Of a stretch of DNA of 64,000 nucleotides, positions 40,784 through 50,125 are shown piece after piece. Source of the stretch: an uncultured Desulfosarcina sp. (lineage in GTDB: Bacteria > Desulfobacterota > Desulfobacteria > Desulfobacterales > Desulfosarcinaceae); assembly GCA_963674945.2 (NCBI GenBank), contig CAXXWQ010000001.1, forward strand, positions 64,001-128,000. Direction: 5' to 3'. The notes under the pieces are model-generated. The model was given only the letters and a program-made list of their open reading frames with translations. It was not told the origin of the DNA and ran no database searches. Numbering within the stretch: the first letter of the stretch is position 1; each line of letters begins with the position of its first letter. Made by a program: the position numbers and the translations under genes.

Positions 40784-42709
40784 ATGCCATTGACGCGTTT
40801 GAGGCATATCTTTTCAGTCGCAATGCTTGCGATAGCGATGTCGCCGGCGTTTTCTGTCAATGCCGGTGGAGATGCCGCAGCGCTTTCCCAACGGACGCCG
40901 AAGCACATACTCATCCTCAATTCCCATTCTCCGGACCTGCCCTGGCAGCAGATCGTCAACCGATCCATCGTCGCCACTTTGGAAAATTCCCCCGATCTTT
41001 CAACGAAAATTCACACCGAGTTCACCGGTCTCGCGCAATATGGCGACCGGGCCTATACGGAAAAACTGGCCGAACTGTACCGCCATAAATATGCCGGCCG
41101 AAAAATGGATCTGGTCATATCCGTGGATAATCCGGCCACCAATTTCATACTCGACCACGGAAAAGCACTGTTTCCGGACGTACCGGTAGTGCTGATTTCC
41201 GAAGAGGACAAGATCAAAGGGCTCGTCCTGCGGCCCAACATGACCGGGCTTCTCTCGGAAATCGACGTGAGGGGAACGCTCGACCTCATTCTTCATCTGC
41301 ATCCGAACACCAAACAGATCGCCGTTATATCCGGGAGTTCCGAGACGGACCGGTTCTATGAGGAAAAGGCCCGGCGTGTCTTTCAAACGTACGTGGATCG
41401 TGTGAAATTCATCGATCTGACCGATCTTTCCATGGCCCGACTCATGGATGCGGGGCGGCGGCTTCCCGCCGACACCATCGCTTTGTATATCGTGACGCTG
41501 GTGGATAAATCCAAAGAGGCGTTTATTCCCAAACGGATTTTACCCCGGCTTTCCCGGGCCATCAATGCTCCTTTATACGGTCTGTGGGATACCTTACTCG
41601 GCAGTGGGATCGTGGGGGGGAGCCTGTCCAGCGCCGAGTTTGCCGGAAGGCGGGTTGCCGGGATGGGAATCGACATCCTGAAAGGAAAATCTCCGGAACG
41701 TATTCCCATCGTTTCCGGCTCAAATGCGTTCATGTTCGACTGGCGGCAGCTTCGACGCTGGAATATCGACGAAAATGATTTGCCTCCGGGGAGCGTGGTC
41801 CGATTCAGGGAGCCGTCGCTCTTTGATCTTTACAAGTGGCATATCATCGGCATCACGGGCTTTGTTCTGATCGAGACGCTGCTCATTTTCATTCTCCTGC
41901 TCCATCGCGCCAGGCGCCGCCAGGCGGAGAAATCCCTTCAAACGGCCCACGACGAGCTGGAGCATCGGGTAACGGAACGCACCGCCGAACTGACGGTGAC
42001 CAATGAGCGGTTACGAAAAGAAGTTGCCGAACGTATGGAAGCCCAGAAGGCGCTGGCCGATTCAGAGCGCCGGCTTACCGATATCATCAACTTCTTGCCT
42101 GATCCGACCTGGGCGATCGACATAGACGGGCGGGTGATCGCCTGGAATCTTGCCATGGAACGGTTGACCGGGGTCGACAAAAAGGAGATGATCGGCAAGG
42201 GTGACTACGCCTATGCGTTTCCGTTTTACGACAAGCCACGACCCGTATTGATCGACTTTTTACTTCATCCGCAAGAAGATTACGAGAAAGAATATCTGTC
42301 CATAAACAGGGAAGAAGAAGCCCGGATTATTTCAGGTGTGGCCTTTAATCCCGAAAGGGGTAAACGTGGGCAGTATCTGGCCGCCACGGCAGCCAAACTC
42401 TTCGATGCAAACGGTGATGTGGTCGGTGCCATCGAATCCGTGAGGGATATCACGAAAGACAAGCTTGCCGAGCGGGAGCGTGAACGCCTCATCGAAGAAC
42501 TGAAAGATGCAATCGGCAAGGTGAAGACCCTGAGCGGAATGCTGCCCATCTGTTCTTCCTGCAAGAAGATTCGGGACGACAAGGGGTATTGGAACCAGAT
42601 TGAATCCTATCTGGCGCGACATTCCGAAATCGATTTCAGCCATGGTCTGTGTCCCGAGTGCATGGACAAATTGTACGGCAATCAACCGTGGTATAAAAAA
42701 CGCAAATGA
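40784..42709 (+). CDS. Membrane sensor: periplasmic binding-protein-like domain, TM, PAS, C-terminal Cys/His motif; no kinase domain
   Basis: GIVGGSL, FDWRQLRRW, ERTAEL coiled coil, PAS (IAWNLAMERLTG), LPICSSCKKIRDDKGYW...SHGLCPEC. Confidence 0.8.
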   Translation: MPLTRLRHIFSVAMLAIAMSPAFSVNAGGDAAALSQRTPKHILILNSHSPDLPWQQIVNRSIVATLENSPDLSTKIHTEFTGLAQYGDRAYTEKLAELYRHKYAGRKMDLVISVDNPATNFILDHGKALFPDVPVVLISEEDKIKGLVLRPNMTGLLSEIDVRGTLDLILHLHPNTKQIAVISGSSETDRFYEEKARRVFQTYVDRVKFIDLTDLSMARLMDAGRRLPADTIALYIVTLVDKSKEAFIPKRILPRLSRAINAPLYGLWDTLLGSGIVGGSLSSAEFAGRRVAGMGIDILKGKSPERIPIVSGSNAFMFDWRQLRRWNIDENDLPPGSVVRFREPSLFDLYKWHIIGITGFVLIETLLIFILLLHRARRRQAEKSLQTAHDELEHRVTERTAELTVTNERLRKEVAERMEAQKALADSERRLTDIINFLPDPTWAIDIDGRVIAWNLAMERLTGVDKKEMIGKGDYAYAFPFYDKPRPVLIDFLLHPQEDYEKEYLSINREEEARIISGVAFNPERGKRGQYLAATAAKLFDANGDVVGAIESVRDITKDKLAERERERLIEELKDAIGKVKTLSGMLPICSSCKKIRDDKGYWNQIESYLARHSEIDFSHGLCPECMDKLYGNQPWYKKRK

Positions 42710-42885
42710 AATCCCTGATCAACATATTGTGCCATTGGCGCAACGCGGCATCAATCCAGGAGGTGGAAATGACCTGCAGTGAAAGTGCTGTTTCTTACGG
42801 ATATCGAGTTCAATGTACCCCGATACATCGTCAGGTGAGTGTAAAAAAACAGGATCATCAAACATCGAAAAGAGAACTGAAAATT

Positions 42886-44166
42886 ATGTGGATACTGATT
42901 GTAACCATGATCTGGATTATCTGCATGCCATTTCCGGCCACAGCCGGAGGGATATTTGTCAACAGTCAGCAGAGCGCCGAATACATAAGGCTCTTCAACC
43001 GCAACGCCGCAACGGACAATGCCGACATTGCCTATTATAACATGGCGGGACTGACCAGGATGGAAGACGGTCAGTACGTAAATGGCAGCAATATGTTCTT
43101 TTTTCAAAAAGCAACGGTTGAGACCCATAACAACGCAATCCTGGGTGACCGGGAATATGTGTCCGACAACCCGTTCCTTCTCTTTCCCAATTTCTACTAT
43201 GTCTATAAAAAGGCGGACTGGGCTGCATTTTGTGCATACCAGACCATCGGCGCAACAGCGGTCAGGGAATGGGAGGATGGTCTGCCCACCCTTGACCTTT
43301 TGGGGGCATTATTTTTGGGTGGCCAGGTCGAATCGTATCTGAAAGGCGAGTCAGCCTACTACTGTTTGCGGATCGGCGGGGCGAAGGAGATCAACAACAT
43401 CTTTTCAGTGGGTTTATCCGGAAGATATGTCTACACGACCCAGAAAGTGAAAGGAAGGGTAAGCAGCAGCGTTTCGGAGGACCTGGTCATTGATGCGGAG
43501 GATGAGGGAGACGGTCTGTCCTTCTCACTCAATGTCAATATCACTCCCAATCCGGAATGGAACATCGGTATCACCTATGAACACACAACCGAGATTGAGC
43601 TGGAAACATCCGTGAACAGCGAAGACAATGAAGAAGACATATTAAGACCATTGCTTGGCTTTGTCGTTTTTGAAGACGGGCGCAAGTCCAGACTAGACCT
43701 GCCCCAAATTCTGCGCACCGGCGTTTCCTACCATATCACGCCACGTTTGCGGACAGAAGTCTCCTTCAATATTTATTTTGAAGACCATGTCAACTTCAGT
43801 TATCTTGGGGATTCATACAAAGAAGATTATGGGAATACATACGAACTGGGGGGATGCATTGAATATACGGTTTCCGACAGACTGAAGATCAGTGCGGGAA
43901 CATTGTATAACTGGATCGGCCAGGATGAGAATTCCACCACCGACATCAGCGTACCCGGCGGACACTCGGATTACATTACCTTTGCCGGAGGATTCCAGTA
44001 TGGAATTACCGAGAACTTACTGCTTAACACCGGCGTCTGTTATACGGGATTTATAGACACCTATGAGGCCAAGGATGAATACGCAGATATGGTATCACCG
44101 GGTGCAACGCTGGAATACAATAAGCAGTATATCGTTATCGCACTGGGGGCGCAGTACAGGTTCTGA
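42886..44166 (+). CDS. FadL/OmpP1/TodX-like outer-membrane transport protein (start uncertain)
   Basis: Signal peptide ending ATA, ADIAYYNMAGL (NPA-like), LDLPQ, terminal YRF. Confidence 0.7.
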   Translation: MWILIVTMIWIICMPFPATAGGIFVNSQQSAEYIRLFNRNAATDNADIAYYNMAGLTRMEDGQYVNGSNMFFFQKATVETHNNAILGDREYVSDNPFLLFPNFYYVYKKADWAAFCAYQTIGATAVREWEDGLPTLDLLGALFLGGQVESYLKGESAYYCLRIGGAKEINNIFSVGLSGRYVYTTQKVKGRVSSSVSEDLVIDAEDEGDGLSFSLNVNITPNPEWNIGITYEHTTEIELETSVNSEDNEEDILRPLLGFVVFEDGRKSRLDLPQILRTGVSYHITPRLRTEVSFNIYFEDHVNFSYLGDSYKEDYGNTYELGGCIEYTVSDRLKISAGTLYNWIGQDENSTTDISVPGGHSDYITFAGGFQYGITENLLLNTGVCYTGFIDTYEAKDEYADMVSPGATLEYNKQYIVIALGAQYRF

Positions 44167-44205
44167 TTTTTATGGAAAAGTGCTTCAATCTTTCAAACCA
44201 TGGGA

Positions 44206-45981
44206 CTATGGGTAGGTCCTGGGTGGATCGTCGAAGAAAAGATTTTCCAGTTTTTCGCACCATTGACGGTATCGGCCGGCAAGGTCCTGCTTAACGTCAT
44301 CGGGGAAACGATTCAGTCGCCTGTGTATGCGGGTAAGGGCCCGTTCGCATTGACTGCCCATCTTTGCCAAATGCCGAAACGCCTCCTGGGGCGCCTTCGT
44401 TCCACCCTGCCGGCAAAAGGCCAACCCACGTGACAAATCGTCGTAGACCCGTTCCATTTCCATGGCCAGTCCCTCCGCCTTGAGCGTTTGCCGGGTTATG
44501 TTGCGAAAATGGTGTCCCTGGATGGCCATGCGAACGGCTTCGGCAAATACATGCCGGTTCTTGAAGAGGTTCCTGAACAAAAATCCGAGATAGCGGTGAC
44601 CGTAGCCACTGAAGGTTTGCCGGATCAATGAGCGAAACAGCATGACCGTTTCCGACCAGCCGATGGGCCGTTGAAATCCATCCGTCCGTTCCATTCGGTC
44701 CATGAGACGGTTGCAGCGGCCGAAATAGGCGATCATGCCATCGTCGTAGAGGGCGGTAAGAATCTTTCGATATCCCTTTTTGAGTTGGTCCTCGGGCATG
44801 CGTGTCTTGAAATTGGTGGTCATCTGGTGGGTGTTGTTACCGATGCTGTCCCCCACAAGGCGGCCTTCTTCTTTCAGCCGGTGATGCAAGGCCGTTCCCG
44901 GAAGGGCGCTCAAGACCCCCACCATGGCCTTGGGAATTCCGGCCTGTTGAATGAAGGCGATCTGCCGGTCGAAGATGTCCGCCGTGTCGCTGTCGAACCC
45001 CAGGATAAAGCCGGCGGTGACTTCCATGCCCTTTTTCTGGATGCGAAGAACGGATTCCTGAAGATCCATTTTCAGGTTCTGCAGCTTGCCGGTCTCTTTC
45101 AGCGAAGCGGCAGACGGGGTCTCGATGCCGACAAACACCTCATTGAAACCCGCATCGACCATGAGGTCGAGCAATTCATCGTCACCGGCCAGATCGACAC
45201 TGGCCTCGGTGAAGAACTGAAAGGGTCGATTCCGCCGGCGCTGCCAGTCGATCAATCGCGGCAGCAGTTCGCCCTTGACCCGTTTGCGGTTGCCGATGAA
45301 ATTGTCGTCCACTACGAAGACGGCGCCTTTCCACCCCAGACGATACAAACTGTCGAGTTCGCCAACGATTTGTTCTGCCGTCTTGACCCGCGGCCGATTG
45401 CCATACATCTGCCAGATGTCGCAAAATTCGCATCGAAACGGACACCCCCGGGAATATTGGATGGTCATGGAGGCATAGGCGGCAAGGTCCAGCAGTTCGA
45501 ACCGGGGCCGTGGCGACCGGGCCAGGTCCGGTAGACCCGCCGGGGACAAACGGGGTGGGGCGCATCCTTTTTCCAGGTTTCGGAAAAAGGTGCCGAACGT
45601 CTCCTCCACCTCTCCGGCGAGCACATGATCGACCCCCGCCATCTCTTGCGGACATGCGGTCGGGTAGGGGCCTCCCGCCACCACCGTTCGATTCAGCCGG
45701 TTGCAGGCCGACACCACCTCGTGAAATGAATCCTTCTGCACGATCATGGCCGTCACCATCACCGCGTCTGCCCATAGCAGATCCGCATCGGTCAGGGGAT
45801 TGATGTTCAGATCGACCAGTTTCAGGCGACAGCGGTCGGGAAACAGAGCGGCCAGGGTGATGAGTCCCAACGGCGGCATGGCACTTTTTTTTCCGATGAT
45901 TTTCAGGCTGTAATGAAAACTCCAGAAGGTATGTTTCGGGACTTTGGGATAAACCAGCAACACCTTGTTTATGGCAGGCAT
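44206..45981 (-). CDS. Cobalamin-binding radical SAM protein (HpnP/DUF4070-like)
   Basis: MPPLGLITLA, VAGGPY, SRGCPFRCEFCDI, VDDNFIGN, GFILGFDSD, LPGT; AGGAGG RBS. Confidence 0.88.
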   Translation of the reverse strand: MPAINKVLLVYPKVPKHTFWSFHYSLKIIGKKSAMPPLGLITLAALFPDRCRLKLVDLNINPLTDADLLWADAVMVTAMIVQKDSFHEVVSACNRLNRTVVAGGPYPTACPQEMAGVDHVLAGEVEETFGTFFRNLEKGCAPPRLSPAGLPDLARSPRPRFELLDLAAYASMTIQYSRGCPFRCEFCDIWQMYGNRPRVKTAEQIVGELDSLYRLGWKGAVFVVDDNFIGNRKRVKGELLPRLIDWQRRRNRPFQFFTEASVDLAGDDELLDLMVDAGFNEVFVGIETPSAASLKETGKLQNLKMDLQESVLRIQKKGMEVTAGFILGFDSDTADIFDRQIAFIQQAGIPKAMVGVLSALPGTALHHRLKEEGRLVGDSIGNNTHQMTTNFKTRMPEDQLKKGYRKILTALYDDGMIAYFGRCNRLMDRMERTDGFQRPIGWSETVMLFRSLIRQTFSGYGHRYLGFLFRNLFKNRHVFAEAVRMAIQGHHFRNITRQTLKAEGLAMEMERVYDDLSRGLAFCRQGGTKAPQEAFRHLAKMGSQCERALTRIHRRLNRFPDDVKQDLAGRYRQWCEKLENLFFDDPPRTYP

Positions 45982-46323
45982 GGACAGCCTCCTTGACGGA
46001 CATCCCATAAAGATTGGATTGGAAGTGATGTTTTCTATTCATGTGGGCCAAGCTGATTTACCATAGATCAACCCCATGACGGCATAAAGCGCTATCTTGG
46101 AATTGACAAAAGTTTTACATTGCCCATTTTGCGATTTCGTTTTCAACCGGTTCGGTTCCGGTGAGAATTAGATGAGCGCATTTTTACCATTAAGAAAATT
46201 TGAAACGCACAGTCACGGTTTGATATCCATCATCTTCCCATCAGGCAATCCAATCCTGACGGCCCGCTAGTGCCGGGCTAACAAAACGGCGATAGGTTGC
46301 AATGGACAGGGAAAGGAGGTGCC

Positions 46324-46617
46324 TTGGGTTCGATGGTCACCGGCCTGCGTTGTCCGCGATGTTCTGCCGACGCGCTATACAGTTATGGGCGTATCAAAAA
46401 CGGAAAGCAGCGGTACCTCTGTCTGGTGTGCAACCGTCAATTCGTCCCCGATGCAACCTTTCGTGCGGTGATGAAAGACCGCCCCACGTGCCCCTTATGC
46501 GGGTCAAAGATGCATATCTACCGGCGTGAGGCCGAACAGATCCGGTTTCGATGCGCCAACTATCCGGATTGCAGGGGGTACGGGAAATGGAAAAAGCGAA
46601 ATCGTGATGGCAACTGA
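46324..46617 (+). CDS. Small double zinc-ribbon protein (InsA-N-like plus second C4 ribbon); start TTG 46324 or ATG 46333
   Basis: CPRC...YGRIKNGKQRYLCLVC; CPLCG...FRCANYPDC; AGGAGG RBS. Confidence 0.65.
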   Translation: MGSMVTGLRCPRCSADALYSYGRIKNGKQRYLCLVCNRQFVPDATFRAVMKDRPTCPLCGSKMHIYRREAEQIRFRCANYPDCRGYGKWKKRNRDGN

Positions 46618-46630
46618 GGCAAAGCATCCG

Positions 46631-49600
46631 TCAGTTTGCGAGCATGGCGGTCAGATTGGCCCACAGCACCCGAAGTTTCAGACCGATGGGGGGCTTTGGT
46701 CCTCTCTCCTCTTCCTGCCTGATGGCGAACTGAATTTCCGGCGCTTTCGTCGAAACCCGATTGCCGGCGAATACACTTACGATGGTGGCATAATACCGCC
46801 GCCCTTTAATGAACGGCAGATGGGGTGCGTATCGTTCGACGCGAAGCTGATTGCCCACCGCAGGATAAACGGCTTCGTAATCACCGGGACGGATACCGCA
46901 GAGAATGCGGTAATGGGCCTGCGGGTCGCGATTGTTGTCCCAGCTGAATTGCACCGAGCCGTCCTGGTAGGCGGCGACCAGACCACCGGGTGGCTGGAGG
47001 CGTTGAAACTGCTCTGGCCGGTGCGGATGATCGCTCGCGGAAATCACCAGGGGTGGATTGGAAAATGCCGCAAGATTCCGACGGATGGACGCGGGCATCT
47101 TTTTTCCCGGGAAGAAGGCCAGCATGAGGGAAAAGGTTTGTTGGACGCCGTTGTAGGTGGGGCCCGAACTGGCATACTGCTCACCTGTCATCGCGGTGAT
47201 CTCGAATCCGTTGCCGTTTCCATGGCCAGGATGGGCATATTGCCGACCGTGATAGGTCCCGAAGGGGTTGATGTGCACGGCAAAGGTCTGGTTCTCGTTG
47301 CGATACAGCAGTTTCAACGGTGCAAAGGCGAAGTTGGCCTGCAGGCTATTGTCCATGGCCACGGCCATGGCGCGGTTGCCTGCACAGACGCCCATATAGG
47401 ATGCGGTGATATGATTGTTGACATCGTCGAGATTCAAATTGCGGTCGCCGTGACGGAAGTAATCGAGAGCATAGGACGTAGCGACCCCCAGATAGTTTTC
47501 TTTCATGATTCGAACCGGATCGGTTCTCGTCGTTTCCGGTGCAAAGCGTATCTCCGCAGGCGCCACCCCCTGCCAGTTGAGATCGGCCCTTCGCTTGAGA
47601 CCGGCAGTGCCGACCTTGAGGAAATCGGCCGTTATCGTCGTCGGGTATCGCACGGTGCCCTGGAGGATGAGGCAGGGCAAATCATCCACCAGGGTCAACC
47701 GGTAATCGAACCAGCCGTTGCTTCGGGTCTGCCCGGCAGGGCCCGGAAAGGATCCGCTCATTCGAAGCGCGGTCGGAGAACTTTTGTCTTTTTTCATCAT
47801 CAGGCGGATCTCGGGCCGCGCCGGGTAGACTTTCCCCTTCCAACGGACATAGGGTACAAGGCTGCCTTCCAGGGTCTGCCGGATGCCGTCCAGATAGATG
47901 CCGTCGATGCGATCGTCGTCAAATCGGATGGAAAGGTGCCGGTTGGCCAATTCCTTTCGGACCACTTGGCCCGGATTGTGGTGGATTTTTGTATTGCGTG
48001 CACGATCCGGGATTTCGGCCTGATAGATACGATAAATACCATCGGTGAGTTCTTCCGGCCGATCCACGGACAAGAGCATCGGCGAATCCTCCCGACCATC
48101 CGCAGCATCGGCCAAATGGGTTGCGGTCAACAGATGCCCGTCGGCACCCGCCAGAACCAGCGGCCCTTTTTCTTCATAACCGGCCGGACGCGGAATCTTC
48201 AGGAAACGACTTGGTGGAGCGGTCTTTTTTGAATCACCGGACAACACCAGAACCGTATCCAGGGGTAATGGGGAGGGATCGCTTGCAGTTTTCAACGGCA
48301 TGTGCGGAAGATGCTGCCGGAGTCCATCGGACAGCAACTGCGCAAGGTTGTCCGAATAGGCGTCGAGGTCATTCATGAGCCGGGCCATGGCCTGCTCGCG
48401 CTGTCGGGCCACATAGGGCGTCGCCATGCCGAAATGGGTCGTGGACAGGGCGCGCAGACGCGTCAGTCTGGCGAAATGGATGAGATTGTCCAACTTCGTC
48501 ACATCCAGATTCTCTTTTACCATCTGTCTGGCCCGGACGGCCGCGTTGCACACCCGTCGGCTGCGGGCGATGACCGTCCAGTAGGACGAAGTTTCCGCTT
48601 TTTCCGCCCACGAGTTGTAGCCATCGTAACTGCCGTCGGCGGTATCCTGGCTGAAAGAGAAGGTCCCCACCGGCGGGTGTTGGTCCAGGTATGCACCAAG
48701 GGTGGTAAACTGAACGTGGTCGAGGTCTTTCACCTCGTCGATCAATGCGCCGAGGCCATTGGTACTCGGCAGCCATTCCAGCGGCCAGGGCAGGTCGATG
48801 CCGTTCCATAACTCCGAATCTGCGTCGAAATTGATAAAGATCAAGGCATCCGTCATAAGCCGGCCGGTGTTCTGCAGATGGCGCAGATCACAGACCCAAT
48901 TGGCCAGGCTGACATGCTCCACCAGGTCGCCAATATGGTAGGTGGGAATGACCACCATCTCCTCGCCGGTTTCCGGATGGCGGTAAAGGATGGGGTTGTG
49001 GGCCTCTTCCCTGGTCAATGGGCGGCAAAAGACGCTGAAGGCATCGAAGGGCGTCGCGCTATAGTAAAGGGACACCGCCTTGATCCCGTATTTTTTGTAT
49101 ACGGAAAAGCTGCCGGGGGTGGTCATCATCTCCTGGGGCCGAACGATGGGGGTATAGGTGCCGAAGAGATCCTTCACCCCGCTTTGCCAGGGATTGGTGA
49201 TGGACCAGCGAACGGCATCATCCAGTTCATCATGGGTCATGGCCGATACCAGACCGTTGTTGTATGACATCAGGATGACCTCGTCTCCCCATTGATGGAC
49301 GCGCCGCCGGATATCCGCGATGATATCCGGCGCATGGCGGGGCAAAATCTCCTGCAGCGAAAACAGATTGTCAAAATCCCATATCCCCCTGACGGGAATC
49401 CCGGCGGCATTGAACCGGTCCAGTGTCCGGATCGTATGGCGGATGATTCGAATATCCTTGCCGAATCCGCTCTCATCCATGGTGTCGTTGCGAAACGAGT
49501 GGTAGAGATTGACATGGAAGCCGAAGGCGATGAAAATCCGGTGTTTCGATGGGGACGGATGGTCACCGGTGCCGGCCAGGACCAATAGTATGGGAAAGGC

Positions 49601-49666
49601 CGTGGCGACAAGGAGTACGCATATAGCAAGCCGTCTGCGCCTGAATAATTGTAAAATCGCCATCAT
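46631..49666 (-). CDS. 1011-aa exported hypothetical protein; N-terminal GH57/GH38-like metal barrel, C-terminal FN3-like domain
   Basis: N-terminal hydrophobic segment; FGFHVNLYHS, DEVILMSY, RPQEM, FINFDAD, VQFTTLGAYL; PPGGLVA...FSWD...HYRI...RYYATIV. Confidence 0.55.
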   Translation of the reverse strand: MMAILQLFRRRRLAICVLLVATAFPILLVLAGTGDHPSPSKHRIFIAFGFHVNLYHSFRNDTMDESGFGKDIRIIRHTIRTLDRFNAAGIPVRGIWDFDNLFSLQEILPRHAPDIIADIRRRVHQWGDEVILMSYNNGLVSAMTHDELDDAVRWSITNPWQSGVKDLFGTYTPIVRPQEMMTTPGSFSVYKKYGIKAVSLYYSATPFDAFSVFCRPLTREEAHNPILYRHPETGEEMVVIPTYHIGDLVEHVSLANWVCDLRHLQNTGRLMTDALIFINFDADSELWNGIDLPWPLEWLPSTNGLGALIDEVKDLDHVQFTTLGAYLDQHPPVGTFSFSQDTADGSYDGYNSWAEKAETSSYWTVIARSRRVCNAAVRARQMVKENLDVTKLDNLIHFARLTRLRALSTTHFGMATPYVARQREQAMARLMNDLDAYSDNLAQLLSDGLRQHLPHMPLKTASDPSPLPLDTVLVLSGDSKKTAPPSRFLKIPRPAGYEEKGPLVLAGADGHLLTATHLADAADGREDSPMLLSVDRPEELTDGIYRIYQAEIPDRARNTKIHHNPGQVVRKELANRHLSIRFDDDRIDGIYLDGIRQTLEGSLVPYVRWKGKVYPARPEIRLMMKKDKSSPTALRMSGSFPGPAGQTRSNGWFDYRLTLVDDLPCLILQGTVRYPTTITADFLKVGTAGLKRRADLNWQGVAPAEIRFAPETTRTDPVRIMKENYLGVATSYALDYFRHGDRNLNLDDVNNHITASYMGVCAGNRAMAVAMDNSLQANFAFAPLKLLYRNENQTFAVHINPFGTYHGRQYAHPGHGNGNGFEITAMTGEQYASSGPTYNGVQQTFSLMLAFFPGKKMPASIRRNLAAFSNPPLVISASDHPHRPEQFQRLQPPGGLVAAYQDGSVQFSWDNNRDPQAHYRILCGIRPGDYEAVYPAVGNQLRVERYAPHLPFIKGRRYYATIVSVFAGNRVSTKAPEIQFAIRQEEERGPKPPIGLKLRVLWANLTAMLAN

Positions 49667-49757
49667 CGCTGATTTTGCCTCTTTCCGATGTTCCCTTCTT
49701 TTGTGCCAGTAAAATAGCAGCGATCAACAATTGTCTCCTGAGACCAGCGATACGACG

Positions 49758-49797
49758 CTAATTTTTACCTAACAAACTTCTAACACAAACCTAACAC
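49758..49797. promoter_or_regulatory. Four CTAA(C/T) units at 11-bp period (PhoB/OmpR-type box array)
   Basis: Units at 49758, 49769, 49780, 49791. Confidence 0.6.
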
Positions 49798-49939
49798 TCA
49801 TATGGGATGAAAACAACGAAAGCGTAAGAGGTTTCGCCATTACTTTCCCTACTTCTATCCCCTGTGCTGCTAACAGAAAACAAACATCGGTCTCATCCGC
49901 CCCTAATCTTCATTTTCTATATTTTGATTGTCTTTATGT

Positions 49940-50093
49940 TGATGAACTCGTAAAAAGTAGGATTTCGGGCGGTTTCGTAAAAAGTTCGAGATCAAGGCTT
50001 GCAAGTCCCGAGGAATGAGGCGTACATGTAGTACTCCGCAGTGACGAGGGGTGAAGCGTAACGCCGATATCGGACTTTTTACGAAATCGTCAA
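49940..50093 (+). repeat. Hairpin element family A, full copy
   Basis: Boxes caaggc 49993, aggcgta 50018, tactccgca 50032, aacgccg 50060; IR tttcgtaaaaagt / actttttacgaaa. Confidence 0.9.
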
Positions 50094-50125
50094 TAATTGA
50101 AAAGAAGAGAGACAGTCAATCCACT

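Noticed and set aside
46297..46617. Intact IS1 element
   Set aside because: No InsB/DDE frame, terminal IRs or target duplication seen
50051..50125. ORF-track N-terminal extension of the radical SAM gene (MKRNADIGLFTKSS)
   Set aside because: Derived from the family A repeat; ATG 50126 is the more plausible start
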